A stretch of DNA of 64,000 bases from Candidatus Binatia bacterium (lineage in GTDB: Bacteria; Desulfobacterota; Binatia; HRBIN30): assembly GCA_038245295.1 (NCBI GenBank), contig JBBRSP010000030.1, positions 14,875 through 78,874 of the forward strand. Reading direction: 5' to 3'. Positions 47,378-57,471 of the stretch are shown piece after piece. A program made the position numbers and the translations under genes. The stretch's first letter is position 1. Every line of letters starts with the position of its first letter. Under the pieces are notes generated by a model, which worked only from the letters and a program-made list of their open reading frames with translations, had not been told where the DNA came from and did no database searches.

Positions 47378-48752
47378 GCGGAGTCTCCAGCTTCGCCGGT
47401 GCGGCGGCTGCCGGGCGAGGGAACATGGTGAGCTTGGGTGTTACGTGGTCCTTGATCCAGTGGGGATCCCACCACTCGACCGGGTCGCAATGGATCCCGT
47501 AGAGCATGATCGAGAAGTGCAGGTGATCACCCGCGGCGAGTCCGGTCTCGCCGGTCTGGCCGAGGGTCTGCTCGACGGCCACCATGTCGCCTTCTTTGAC
47601 GGTAATGGCGCTAAGATGGCCGTACAACGAGAACAATCCCAGGCCATGATCGAGGATGACGGTATTGCCGTAGATGCCGAGGTTGCCGGCGAAGACGACT
47701 TTGCCGTTTTGCGCGGCTTCCACCGCAGCAAGTTTGAGCGAGGCGAGATCGAAGCCGAGGTGGATCTGATGGTCGACCACTTCACCCTTGTACGCATAGC
47801 TGCGGCGGTCGGCGAATGAGCTCAATGGTGCGGCATTGGTCTGGCGGTGGAAGGCGCCGTTCCATAGGGGCTCAGGAACGGATTTCTTGGTGACCTCACG
47901 GATCTTCTCTTCATTCTTCTGGCGCAGGCTGCGGTTGATCTGAAGATAGCCCTGTAACGGATCGGCGGCCGGGCGCAGGCCGTTGATCTGTTCCAATTCG
48001 GTAACCTTGCGGTTCAAGAAGTTGTCGTCGAGGTTGAGCGTGCGTTCGGCAAACTTCCGCATCTTGATATTGACCGGCAGGGCCACCTCGCGCTGATTCC
48101 CCGCAGCGTCGCGTGCAACGACCATTGGGCGCGCCTGATCGTTGAGGTTCTGTGGGATTGCGAAGAGGGCGAGGGCGATCGACGGATCGGCAAAGAAGCC
48201 CCGAGTCATGGGGAACGAATAGGTGTCCACGATCACCGCGCTATCCACCGTATCGTTCGAGAGTTTGACGACGGCGAGCTCCATGCCGCCGAGGCGAATG
48301 TTGTGTTGCGTCGTGAGCAGCGTGACGATCGGCGGAGAGATGTCGATCGTCAATGGAAGTGTCAGAATCACCGGCGAGCTGCTTGGCAGGATATGCCAGG
48401 CATAGGTTTCTGCGAGGACTTCCAAGGTTGCCGGGCCTTCGGGAATCTGTAGCTGGCTCAGGTCCGGTTCGACGTGCACGCGCTTGTCGGTGAGCAAGCT
48501 GCCGCGCCAACTCACCGCTTCGAAGTCTTGCTTCAACAGGTCGAAGGATGACCCGCCCGCCTGCAGTCGCACGGCGACGCTGCGCAGTCCCGGGGCGCCG
48601 GCGTGTACGTCGATATCAATGGGCGTGTGGCGCCCGAGCGACTCTATCTTTTGTGTGAGGGTGGCTTGAGGAGGACGTCCCTCGGCTTTCAGCCACCAAG
48701 CGCCGCCCAACAACACCACAAACACGCCGATGACGACGAGGATGGCTCGCAT
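47358..48752 (-). CDS. M23 family metallopeptidase (membrane anchored)
   Basis: HLGFD (HxxxD), YGN, YGHL, HLHF motifs. Confidence 0.92.
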   Translation of the reverse strand: MRAILVVIGVFVVLLGGAWWLKAEGRPPQATLTQKIESLGRHTPIDIDVHAGAPGLRSVAVRLQAGGSSFDLLKQDFEAVSWRGSLLTDKRVHVEPDLSQLQIPEGPATLEVLAETYAWHILPSSSPVILTLPLTIDISPPIVTLLTTQHNIRLGGMELAVVKLSNDTVDSAVIVDTYSFPMTRGFFADPSIALALFAIPQNLNDQARPMVVARDAAGNQREVALPVNIKMRKFAERTLNLDDNFLNRKVTELEQINGLRPAADPLQGYLQINRSLRQKNEEKIREVTKKSVPEPLWNGAFHRQTNAAPLSSFADRRSYAYKGEVVDHQIHLGFDLASLKLAAVEAAQNGKVVFAGNLGIYGNTVILDHGLGLFSLYGHLSAITVKEGDMVAVEQTLGQTGETGLAAGDHLHFSIMLYGIHCDPVEWWDPHWIKDHVTPKLTMFPRPAAAAPAKLETPHEQTKS

Positions 48753-48867
48753 CAGAAGGCTCCGCCCAAATCCACCATAGCCAAGCGTTATCGTGATCGC
48801 TCTGGAGCGAGTCAAGGAGCCTACCGCGAACCTTGCACGCGATGGATGGCCTGCCTAGGGAGACTTC

Positions 48868-49326
48868 ATGACCTCAACGCCGTGGCTCGACGTAGCGCGT
48901 TATCGGGTCATCTTTGCCGACTGCGATCCGATGCGGATCATGTACTACGGCAACTATTTTCGTTTGTTTGAAATTGGCCGTGCCGAGCTGTTCCGGCACC
49001 TGGGCCATGCGTTCCCGAAGTACATCGAGCAGGGGCTCTACCTGGCGGTGATTTCCGCCGATTGTCGCTACAGGAATCCGGCACGGTACGACGAAGACCT
49101 CGTCATCCAGGCGACGATTCTCGACGTCGGCCGGGTCCGGTTGTCCATTGGCTATCGCGTCATCGGACCCGAAGGCGCCTTGTTGGCAGAAGGATCGACG
49201 ACACACGCCGTGCTCAACGAAGAGGGCCGCCCTCAACGGATCCCGCCGGAGTTTCGTGATGCGGCGCTGAGCGTGGCCAAGCTGCGAACGTTGAGAGCGC
49301 AACCGGAGCCACAGCCGCCGTCCTAA
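48868..49326 (+). CDS. Acyl-CoA thioesterase (YbgC/4HBT family)
   Basis: RVIFADCDPMRIMYYGNYFRLFEIGR, PARYDE. Confidence 0.9.
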   Translation: MTSTPWLDVARYRVIFADCDPMRIMYYGNYFRLFEIGRAELFRHLGHAFPKYIEQGLYLAVISADCRYRNPARYDEDLVIQATILDVGRVRLSIGYRVIGPEGALLAEGSTTHAVLNEEGRPQRIPPEFRDAALSVAKLRTLRAQPEPQPPS

Positions 49327-49598
49327 TTGTCCTTGTCGGCCACGCGTCACAGAAGCCACGCCGAAGACGACCTCAGCGAGAAATCTTTTTCGCTCCGGGC
49401 GCAGGAGGGGGGCGAGAGCGGCGGCTACCAGGAAGAACGAAAGCGCGATCTTATCGACCTCGCCGCAGTGGAAGATCTCCGGCTTGTAAACGGCGAAGCC
49501 AAACGCGGCGGTGTATCCGGCAACCCGCGCGGCCGCCCCTTTACGTTGTTGCGATTCCGGATTAGTTCGATTCGGCCGTCGACAGGGAGGGAGTACCT

Positions 49599-50756
49599 AT
49601 GGCCACAGGCAATCGAGTCTTCATCGTTGGGGTTGGCATGACCAAGTTCGAACGTTGCGAAACGGATGTTCGCGAATTGGCGCAGCAGGCGGCGAAGGAC
49701 GCTCTGCACGACGGTAACGTCGAGTACCAAGAGATCGAGCAAGCCTTCTGCGGGTACATCAACGGCATGAGCGCCCTCGGTCAAATCACCTTGTACGGAA
49801 TCGGTATGACCGGGATCCCGGTGTACAACGTCAACAACAATTGTTCGACCGGCTCGACCGCTCTCTACATGGCTTACAACGCGATCCGCTTCGGCCAGAA
49901 CGACGCGGTGTTGGCTCTCGGCTTCGAGAAGATGCAGAAAGGCCCCCTGGAGAATCAGCTCCCCGGGTTGGAGAAGATCGCCGCCGAAGGCGCCAAGGAA
50001 AAGAAGGCGCCGATTGCGGCGCGGATGTTCGGCGATGCCGGGCGCGACCACATGGAGAAGTACGGCACGAAGCCCGAAACCTTCGCCAAGATTGCTGTCA
50101 AGAATCACCGTCACTCGGTCAACAATCCGCGCTCGCAATACCAGGCAGCGTGTAGCCTCGAGGAAGTGATGGCGGCGCGCATGGTCTACGATCCACTTAC
50201 GATTCTGCAATGTTGCCCGACAAGCGACGGGGCGGCGTCCGCCGTCGTGGTTTCGGAGGACTATCTGAAGAAGCACCCTCATCCGGGTGCCATTGAGATC
50301 CGTGGGATGACCATGACGACGGACCGTATGGAGGACTGGAGTCGTGGCCGCATCGGCATGGTCGGCGCTGGAATGACGGAGCGAGCGGCCGCCAAGGTCT
50401 ACGAGATGTCGGGGATCGGCATCAACGATGTCCAGGTCGTCGAGTTACATGACTGCTTCAGCACCAATGAGCTTATCACCTACGAAGGCCTTGGCATGTG
50501 CAAAGAAGGCGAAGGCGAAAAGTTGGTGGAAGACGAAGCGACGACATACGGTGGGAAGTGGGTTGTGAACCCGTCGGGAGGACTATTGTCGAAGGGGCAT
50601 CCGCTCGGTGCGACAGGCTTGGCCCAGTGTTCGGAGCTGGTCTGGCAATTGCGTGGGCAGGCGGAAAAGCGCCAGGTTGAAGGCGCCAAGGCTGCTCTGC
50701 AGCACAATCTCGGACTCGGTGGAGCTTGTGTTGTTGCGATGTACACCAAGGCCTGA
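49599..50756 (+). CDS. SCP-x type thiolase / lipid-transfer protein
   Basis: NVNNNCSTGS, CCPTSDG, ELHDCF, SKGHPLGATG, QHNLGLGG. Confidence 0.93.
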   Translation: MATGNRVFIVGVGMTKFERCETDVRELAQQAAKDALHDGNVEYQEIEQAFCGYINGMSALGQITLYGIGMTGIPVYNVNNNCSTGSTALYMAYNAIRFGQNDAVLALGFEKMQKGPLENQLPGLEKIAAEGAKEKKAPIAARMFGDAGRDHMEKYGTKPETFAKIAVKNHRHSVNNPRSQYQAACSLEEVMAARMVYDPLTILQCCPTSDGAASAVVVSEDYLKKHPHPGAIEIRGMTMTTDRMEDWSRGRIGMVGAGMTERAAAKVYEMSGIGINDVQVVELHDCFSTNELITYEGLGMCKEGEGEKLVEDEATTYGGKWVVNPSGGLLSKGHPLGATGLAQCSELVWQLRGQAEKRQVEGAKAALQHNLGLGGACVVAMYTKA

Positions 50757-50807
50757 CACCTTGGCATAAGGTCCGTCCCTGTTCCGGTCGTGCCACCGGA
50801 GCAGGGA

Positions 50808-51248
50808 CTACTGTTCGTGTTCGTTGGTGGTGTCCTCTTCCTGAAGCTTGTGTTCACTGGGTGGCGTAGGTCCGGCGGACGAATCGCCGTCTTTGTTCTG
50901 GAATCCGTCCCGCACGCCGCGGCCGACACCGCGACCGACGCCAGCGGTGCCGACGCCTAGATCTTTGAAGCCCGTACCAATTTCGGCGCCCTGTTCGAAG
51001 TCTTCCTTCGATCGTTCGCCCTTGAAGACCTTCTTGATACCGCGGCCGATCCCTTTGAACCCTTCGCCTATTTCGTGTCCGCCCTCTTTGACTTTGCCGG
51101 CTCCGCCTTCGACGGTTTTCGGCACGACATCATCGTCGGCATGCAACGGATAAGCGAACAGGAGCAAGGTGCCGGTCGCCACACAAATCAGCGCGATCTT
51201 GGCGCGCCGTGTCAGGATCGTCTCCTGCTCTACGGATGAGTTCGTCAC
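50808..51248 (-). CDS. Secreted Gly-rich hypothetical protein
   Basis: GTG overlapping the upstream TGA; signal peptide ending LHA; GEGFKGIGRG and GVGRGVGRG repeats. Confidence 0.65.
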   Translation of the reverse strand: MTNSSVEQETILTRRAKIALICVATGTLLLFAYPLHADDDVVPKTVEGGAGKVKEGGHEIGEGFKGIGRGIKKVFKGERSKEDFEQGAEIGTGFKDLGVGTAGVGRGVGRGVRDGFQNKDGDSSAGPTPPSEHKLQEEDTTNEHEQ

Positions 51249-52807
51249 GACAGCCAACGATGCGCGTCGCTCATTTTTTCCTGGATAGGTACACCAATCG
51301 GGCATTTGCCGGCGCACGGTGCGGAGCAATCCGTGCACAGCGAGGCGTTCTTCTCGAGCTTGGCATAGAGACGTTTGCCTTCGCTCTCCCAGTGATAGTC
51401 CTTGTGGTACATGCGGTAACGCAGGATGTCGTTGATGGCGAGGTCGTGCTCGCACGAATCGAGGCACTTGCCGCAATGCGGGGCGCAGTAGTCACCGGTG
51501 GTCAGGTCGTCATATTTTTCCAACAAGGCGATGTCGGTCGCGCTGGGCTTCGTGCCCGACGCGACAAGGTATTCATCCACATGCCGTTGCTCGTAGATCG
51601 AGATGACGAGGCAGGCGACGGCCGGATTTGAAAGCACCCAACGGAAGGCGGATTGCGAATAGACGTTGGCTTCGTCCCGGAAGTTGGCGAGATTTGTGTG
51701 CTTCGCCCCTTTCAACGTTTTCATCGCGACCACGCCGACATCATGTTGCTTCGCCTTCTCGAGGATATGGCCAAAGTTCGGCCACATACCGAAATGGTAG
51801 GCCAGCATCATGACGTCGAAACGACCCGAGTCGATTGCTTTGTTGGCGACTTCTTCGAGATTGGGCGTGTGGCTGCTGAATCCCAGGAATCGGACCTTTC
51901 CTTGCTGTTTCATGAGGTCGAACGCTTCGTGGATATTCGGCGCCATCAGCCGATCGACGCGATCGCAGGAGTGCACGTGGATCAAGTCGACACGGTCGGT
52001 TTGCAAGCGCTTCAAGCTAGCTTCCACTGCTTCGATGATTTGCGGCACCGGCGTGTCGTTCAGAAGATGGCCATCACCGACGCAGAACTTGGTCGCCAGG
52101 AAGATCTTGTCGCGATGTCCCTTGAGGGCTTCCCCCAATACCCGTTCGGAGTTGGTGTCCGAGTAGTCGGGCGCCGTGTCGAAGTAGTTGATGCCCTTTT
52201 CGATCGCGTAACGAGCCACGTTGATGTCGTTGATTCGGCCGCCGCCCAGCGAAATGTCGGATACGAACTCGTTCGTGCGGCCCAGTCGGCGATAGTTGAC
52301 TATCTTCGAATCCTTCCAGGCGTCGCGTGGCGTGGGGGAGGCGTTCTCGACCTGCGTGATGAAAAAGTCGTTCGCGACGGGCAGCCAACCGCGGTTGCGC
52401 GTCACAGCTACGCCTATGCCGCCGATGGAAGCGGCGACGCCCGTGCCTACCCCGCCCAGGACTCGCAAGACGGTGCGTCGTTGCTCAGGATCGAGTGCTT
52501 TGGCACTCTTCTCTTGCCCCAGAGGCGTGATGAGCCACGCTGGCGCCCCTGTCTCGCATGCCGGACAGATCGGCTGTTGCCAGCGCACAAAGCCGGCGAC
52601 GACGGACCCGAGCAGAACACCGAGGGGAATCGACGCGTGCCAGAAGGGCATGATGTCACGACGTTGGCCCTCGGCCAGATCGTGCAAGAGCGAACCACCG
52701 ATGAACCATGCCAGGGTGAAGCCCAGTCCGGCGAGGCCCCAAACGATGACTCGATTGATATGAACCAGTCGCGGTTCTGTCGGCTTGGTGCAGCGCGCGC
52801 ATTGCAT
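51245..52807 (-). CDS. Membrane-anchored aldo/keto reductase with a C-terminal Fe-S domain
   Basis: YRRLGRT, GINYFDTAPDY, ATK, SLKRLQTDRVDLIHVH, GFSSH; C-terminal CAPHCGKCLDSC and CTDCSAPCAGKCP. Confidence 0.9.
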   Translation of the reverse strand: MQCARCTKPTEPRLVHINRVIVWGLAGLGFTLAWFIGGSLLHDLAEGQRRDIMPFWHASIPLGVLLGSVVAGFVRWQQPICPACETGAPAWLITPLGQEKSAKALDPEQRRTVLRVLGGVGTGVAASIGGIGVAVTRNRGWLPVANDFFITQVENASPTPRDAWKDSKIVNYRRLGRTNEFVSDISLGGGRINDINVARYAIEKGINYFDTAPDYSDTNSERVLGEALKGHRDKIFLATKFCVGDGHLLNDTPVPQIIEAVEASLKRLQTDRVDLIHVHSCDRVDRLMAPNIHEAFDLMKQQGKVRFLGFSSHTPNLEEVANKAIDSGRFDVMMLAYHFGMWPNFGHILEKAKQHDVGVVAMKTLKGAKHTNLANFRDEANVYSQSAFRWVLSNPAVACLVISIYEQRHVDEYLVASGTKPSATDIALLEKYDDLTTGDYCAPHCGKCLDSCEHDLAINDILRYRMYHKDYHWESEGKRLYAKLEKNASLCTDCSAPCAGKCPIGVPIQEKMSDAHRWLS

Positions 52808-52821
52808 AATGTTCTTCCCTT

Positions 52822-53670
52822 CTAGTGACGGCGGCGCTGCCAACGCCTGAGTTGAACGTGGGCAGGGGGAATCGCCGATTGGTTTTGCAGGGTGACCGGG
52901 CAACCGTTCAAGGCGTTGTTCACTGCCGTGAGAATTTCATCGATGGTGACCTCGTTGTCGCCGTTCGGGTTACCCGCCGGGCAGCTCGAGATGGGCAAAT
53001 TGCCCAGCGCGATGCTGACGAGGCGGAGGAGCTCGTCAACCGTCACGTCGCCGCTGCGGCTGCAATCACCCACACAGCTTGAGCCACCGGGAGTAGTCGT
53101 GGGGGTAGGCCCGGGTGTCGACGGCGTCCGTGTTGGTGAGGGGGTAGGGGGGATGAATCCAGGCCCCTCGCAGTGATCGTTGGTGTTGACGCAATCGGTA
53201 TCATCGAAACATGGATACTGATCGCTGAGGCAGCGCTTTCCGGAGGACAGGCAGACGCCGGTCAGGCAATCGGCATCTTTGAGACACGATAGACCTTTGA
53301 ATTCACCCGAGGCGCAGATCTTCTGGGTGCCGCGGCAGCCGTTGCCGCCGGTGCAGTTGAGCTCCGCATCGCAGCATTCTCCCTGGAACCCACCGCCGCC
53401 GCAGGTCCCGGCACTCGCCAGATCAGAACACGCCGGGGCAACGTTGCACGTGGCGCCTGGGCAGTCGCAATCCAAACCATCGTCCCCGCCACCGTCACAA
53501 ATGCCTTGAATGATGACGCATACCCCGTCGGCGCAGTCGGTCTGAATCTGGCAGCTGTTGCCGTCGCTCGATCCGCCCGAGCAGAGGGATTGACCATCGC
53601 TCCGTGCGCCGGAGCTCACCACCAGCAGCGCCACCAGTGCGGGAGCCAGCCACGTGCGTTTGAAAATCAT
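52822..53670 (-). CDS. Secreted Cys-rich protein with a C-terminal dockerin-like domain
   Basis: Signal peptide, Cys-rich repeats, PT linker, CVGDCSRSGDVTVDELL...NGDNEVTIDEILTAVNNALNGC. Confidence 0.82.
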   Translation of the reverse strand: MIFKRTWLAPALVALLVVSSGARSDGQSLCSGGSSDGNSCQIQTDCADGVCVIIQGICDGGGDDGLDCDCPGATCNVAPACSDLASAGTCGGGGFQGECCDAELNCTGGNGCRGTQKICASGEFKGLSCLKDADCLTGVCLSSGKRCLSDQYPCFDDTDCVNTNDHCEGPGFIPPTPSPTRTPSTPGPTPTTTPGGSSCVGDCSRSGDVTVDELLRLVSIALGNLPISSCPAGNPNGDNEVTIDEILTAVNNALNGCPVTLQNQSAIPPAHVQLRRWQRRRH

Positions 53671-53758
53671 GGGTATGGGTATCCAACCGCACCCGTAGAG
53701 AGTCAAGTCTGCATTCCACCCCGAGGCCGCGAGCGGTTGATGGACGATAGGAGCGATA

Positions 53759-53806
53759 ATCCTACAAATTGTGGCTCTCGGTCGCGATATCTCCTATATC
53801 TTGTGT
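53759..53806 (+). promoter_or_regulatory. Tandem NrdR-box-like sites upstream of smc
   Basis: ATCCTACAAATTGTGG (53759) and CTCCTATATCTTGTGT (53791), starts 32 bp apart; followed by TTGACT at 53815. Confidence 0.65.
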
Positions 53807-53868
53807 CTAACACGTTGACTCCAGTTGAAGCGCTGTGAAATACTCTACCGTCGTTGTGGAGGGTTGGG

Positions 53869-56800
53869 ATGCGGATCAAGCAGCTCGAAGTGGTTGGCTT
53901 TAAATCGTTTGCGCAGCGTACGGTTCTGGAGTTTCACTCCGGAATCACTGCCATTGTCGGGCCGAACGGCTGCGGCAAGTCGAATGTCGTCGACGCAATC
54001 CGGTGGGTCTTGGGAGAACAGAGCCCCCGGCATTTGCGCGGCGACTCCATGGAGGACGTTGTCTTCAAGGGGAATGATCGATTTGCGCCGACTGGAATGG
54101 CGCAGGTGTCGCTCACCTTTGAGAACGACCCTGCCGAGCGTCGCGAGGCGACGGAGCTCGACCTGGATATGTCGACGTTACCGGCGCATTTCCGGGACCT
54201 TGCCGAGATAACGGTGACCCGGCGTTACCACCGATCCGGTGAATCAGAGTACTTCATCAATCGCACCCCCTGTCGGTTAAAGGACATCACGGAATTGTTT
54301 CTCGGTACTGGTGTCGGATCGAAGGCGTACGCGATCATTGAGCAGGGGCGCGTCGAGCAATTGATCAATTCGAAGCCCGAGGATCGCCGACTGTTCATCG
54401 AGGAGGCCGCGGGTACGACGCTGTATCGCAGCCGGAAACTGGCCGCCGAACGTAAGATGGAGCGGACTCGCGAGAATCTTCTGCGCGTCAATGACGTCTT
54501 GCGCGAGCTCGAGCGGCAGATCCAGTACCTGCACCGTTTGGCTAAGAAGGCTGAGCAATTCCGCACGCTGCAAGAAGAGGTCCGCCAGTTGGATACGGCG
54601 CTGGCAGCCCGCCAGTATGGCGATCTCGATGCAGCCGCCAATGTGTTGGAGATGGAACTTCAGTCTCTGCGCGAGCGTGAAACCGAGACCTCGAGTCGGC
54701 TCGAGGAGTTGGCCGAACGACGCGTGGCGGCCTCCGCCGTTCATGCGGAGGTCGAGGAGGAGCTCGCGCGCCAGCGCGAGGCAGCTGCCACCCTGGACGT
54801 CGAACGTGCTGCCGGTGAACAACGTGTCGCCATGCAGCGGCGCGAAATCGAAGATCGGACGCGCCGCCTGGTGCGGTTGGAAGAAGATGTGACCCGACTG
54901 GCGGAACAGGACGTCGAGATTCGCTCGACGATGGAGCGTGAGGAGCAGGTATACGAGGAGGTCCAAGGGCTCGTCGCGACCGATGGCGCTGAGCTTGCTG
55001 GCAAAGAGGCGGACTTCACCGCGCTACGCGATGAGCTCGACGCGCTGCGTGTTTCGTTGGAACAGGCAAAGAGCGCCGTCCTCCAGTTGGTGACGCGCGA
55101 ACACGAACATTCCAATGCGATGGCGGCGCACAATCGCCAGCGCGACGAGGCGGTGCGTCGTTTCGAGCGCCTTGATGCCGAGAGCCAGACCGCCGAGGAA
55201 CGGCTGGGCGTTCTGCGTCGCGACTTGCTCGAGCGGAACGCCACGGCCGCCGCTTTGCGCGACACGGTTCACGCCACCAAAGGTGATCGCGAGCGGGCGG
55301 CAGAACGGCTGCGTTCGGTTGCGACTGAGTTGCGCTTGCGGGAACGCGAAGCGTCAGAGGCAGACTCGATTCGTGTCCAATGCCGCTCGAAGCTGGAGTC
55401 GCTGGAAGAACTCCAGCGCAACCACGAAGGCTACCAACCCGGCGTGCGCGCCATCCTGCAGGAACCCGTGCGCGAGGCGGCGGTGCTTGGTGTGGTTGGC
55501 GACGTGTTGTCGGTACCGGCTCAGTATGAGCGTGCCGTCGCGGCAGCCTTGGGGGAACGCCTTCAGTACGTGATTGTGCGGGATGGATCCGACGGCATCG
55601 ACGCGGTGACGACCCTGCGCGATGCGGAATCGGGGCGCGGCAGTTTCATTCCTCTCGAGCCTCGCAATTTCGACCTGAATGGCCACGGTTCGCGCAGTTT
55701 GAACGGCAACACGCGGCGCTTGATCGAGCTCATCGATGTCGACGAACCGTATCGACAGATAGCCGAAACCCTGTTGGGAGAGGTTGTTCTGGTTCCCGAC
55801 CTGCAGTCAGGGTTGGCGATCTGGCGCCGTAACGGTGTTCACGTCACGATGGTGACCCCAGAAGGTGACACGATCGACCCGTCCGGCGTGGTGACGGGTG
55901 GTAGTGAGCGAGCCCTGGAGGAAGATATCGTCGCACGCCGCCGGCATATTGCCGAGCTACGAGCTCAGTTCGAGGCGGCGGAACAGGTGCTCACGTCAGC
56001 GCGTGCCGCGGCGGAGCTCCTGAGCGAAGAGCTCGCCGTCGCGGAGGCGAACCTGAAGTCTCTCGACGCTTCCCTTCATGTACGTACGGTCGAGTTGGTA
56101 TCGGCAGACAAAGATCTCGAGCGCTTGACGGCGGAAGAGCCGCGGTCGGCGGAGCGGCTGGAAGTTGTACAGTTCGAGATGCGCAATCTGGCGGCCGAGC
56201 GCGATCAGCATGCGGCCGCGATCGTGCTTCTGGAGCGCGAGCTGTCCGACAGCGTGGCGGTGCGTGTCGCCGCCGAAGAGCAGCTGCGATCGCGGCAGGA
56301 AACCCTGGCTGGTGTGGCCCAGAAGGTCGACCTTCTGGCCGCCGATGTCACGGCCACCAAGGTCCGTGTGGCGGAGCACCGTCAGCGGGCGGAGGCTGCC
56401 ACAGCGGCTTTGGCTCGACTACGACAGCAACTCGAGAGTGGTGCGCGGCGACGAGAAACGCTGTTGGTCGATGGGCAGCAGCTCGAGGCCGATCGCGCCC
56501 GTGTCAGCGAAGCGGTGGAGGACGAGGTCCGTCTCGCCGCCGAGCGTGCCGAGAAAGCCCTGATGGTAGAAGCGAGTCTCCGCGAAGCCAAAGCACGGCT
56601 GCAACACGAAGAGGCGCGGCGGACCGAGATCGAACATGACGCCAAGCAAGCCCAGCACGGTCTCGATTCGTTGCGTCAAGCGACGACGCGGTCGGAGGTT
56701 TCACTCGCGGAGCATCGGTTGCGCCTCGAGCACATCCGCACCGGCATTCGAGAGAAGTACTCCCTCGAGATTCAGGACCATCAGGCCGAAAAGCTCGAAG

Positions 56801-57447
56801 ACTACGCCGCAGCCGGTGCGCGCTTGGAGGTCCTACGCGAGCGCCTCGTGCGAATCGGTGAAGTCAATGTGGGTGCTATCGACGAGCTAGCGGAGCTCGA
56901 GCAACGCGCCGCGTTCTTGAAGCAGCAGAAGGGAGACCTCGAGCAGTCGTTGGATGACCTGGAGAAGACGATCCAGCGTCTCAATCGGGCGTCGAAGGAC
57001 AAGTTCGCGGAAACGTTTCACGCCGTGAACGCCAAATTCCAGGAGGTCTTCCCTCGCTTGTTCCGCGGCGGCGAAGCTCGCTTGGTCTTGACCGATGAGA
57101 GCAATTTGCTCGAAAGCGGCATCGAGATCGTCGTGCGGCCGCCGGGCAAGCGACTCGAGACCGTCACCCTCCTGTCCGGTGGAGAGAAGGCCCTGGTGGC
57201 GGTGTCTTTGATCTTTTCGCTCTTTTTGATCAACCCGACGCCGTTCTGCTTTCTTGACGAGGTTGATGCGCCTCTCGACGACGCCAACATCGGCCGGTTT
57301 ACCGATATGGTCAAGGCGATGAGTGATCACTCGCAGTTCATTGTGATCACTCACAACAAACGCACCATGCAGGCCGCTGAGGTCCTCTACGGCGTTACGA
57401 TGCAAGAGCCTGGAGTTTCCAAGGTTATCTCAGTCGCGATGCACTGA
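53869..57447 (+). CDS. smc: Chromosome segregation protein SMC
   Basis: GFKSF, GPNGCGKSN, coiled coils, hinge, LSGGE, LDEVDAPLD, ITH. Confidence 0.97.
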   Translation: MRIKQLEVVGFKSFAQRTVLEFHSGITAIVGPNGCGKSNVVDAIRWVLGEQSPRHLRGDSMEDVVFKGNDRFAPTGMAQVSLTFENDPAERREATELDLDMSTLPAHFRDLAEITVTRRYHRSGESEYFINRTPCRLKDITELFLGTGVGSKAYAIIEQGRVEQLINSKPEDRRLFIEEAAGTTLYRSRKLAAERKMERTRENLLRVNDVLRELERQIQYLHRLAKKAEQFRTLQEEVRQLDTALAARQYGDLDAAANVLEMELQSLRERETETSSRLEELAERRVAASAVHAEVEEELARQREAAATLDVERAAGEQRVAMQRREIEDRTRRLVRLEEDVTRLAEQDVEIRSTMEREEQVYEEVQGLVATDGAELAGKEADFTALRDELDALRVSLEQAKSAVLQLVTREHEHSNAMAAHNRQRDEAVRRFERLDAESQTAEERLGVLRRDLLERNATAAALRDTVHATKGDRERAAERLRSVATELRLREREASEADSIRVQCRSKLESLEELQRNHEGYQPGVRAILQEPVREAAVLGVVGDVLSVPAQYERAVAAALGERLQYVIVRDGSDGIDAVTTLRDAESGRGSFIPLEPRNFDLNGHGSRSLNGNTRRLIELIDVDEPYRQIAETLLGEVVLVPDLQSGLAIWRRNGVHVTMVTPEGDTIDPSGVVTGGSERALEEDIVARRRHIAELRAQFEAAEQVLTSARAAAELLSEELAVAEANLKSLDASLHVRTVELVSADKDLERLTAEEPRSAERLEVVQFEMRNLAAERDQHAAAIVLLERELSDSVAVRVAAEEQLRSRQETLAGVAQKVDLLAADVTATKVRVAEHRQRAEAATAALARLRQQLESGARRRETLLVDGQQLEADRARVSEAVEDEVRLAAERAEKALMVEASLREAKARLQHEEARRTEIEHDAKQAQHGLDSLRQATTRSEVSLAEHRLRLEHIRTGIREKYSLEIQDHQAEKLEDYAAAGARLEVLRERLVRIGEVNVGAIDELAELEQRAAFLKQQKGDLEQSLDDLEKTIQRLNRASKDKFAETFHAVNAKFQEVFPRLFRGGEARLVLTDESNLLESGIEIVVRPPGKRLETVTLLSGGEKALVAVSLIFSLFLINPTPFCFLDEVDAPLDDANIGRFTDMVKAMSDHSQFIVITHNKRTMQAAEVLYGVTMQEPGVSKVISVAMH

Positions 57448-57471
57448 GCCTAGCCGTTCTCGTCGACTGCC

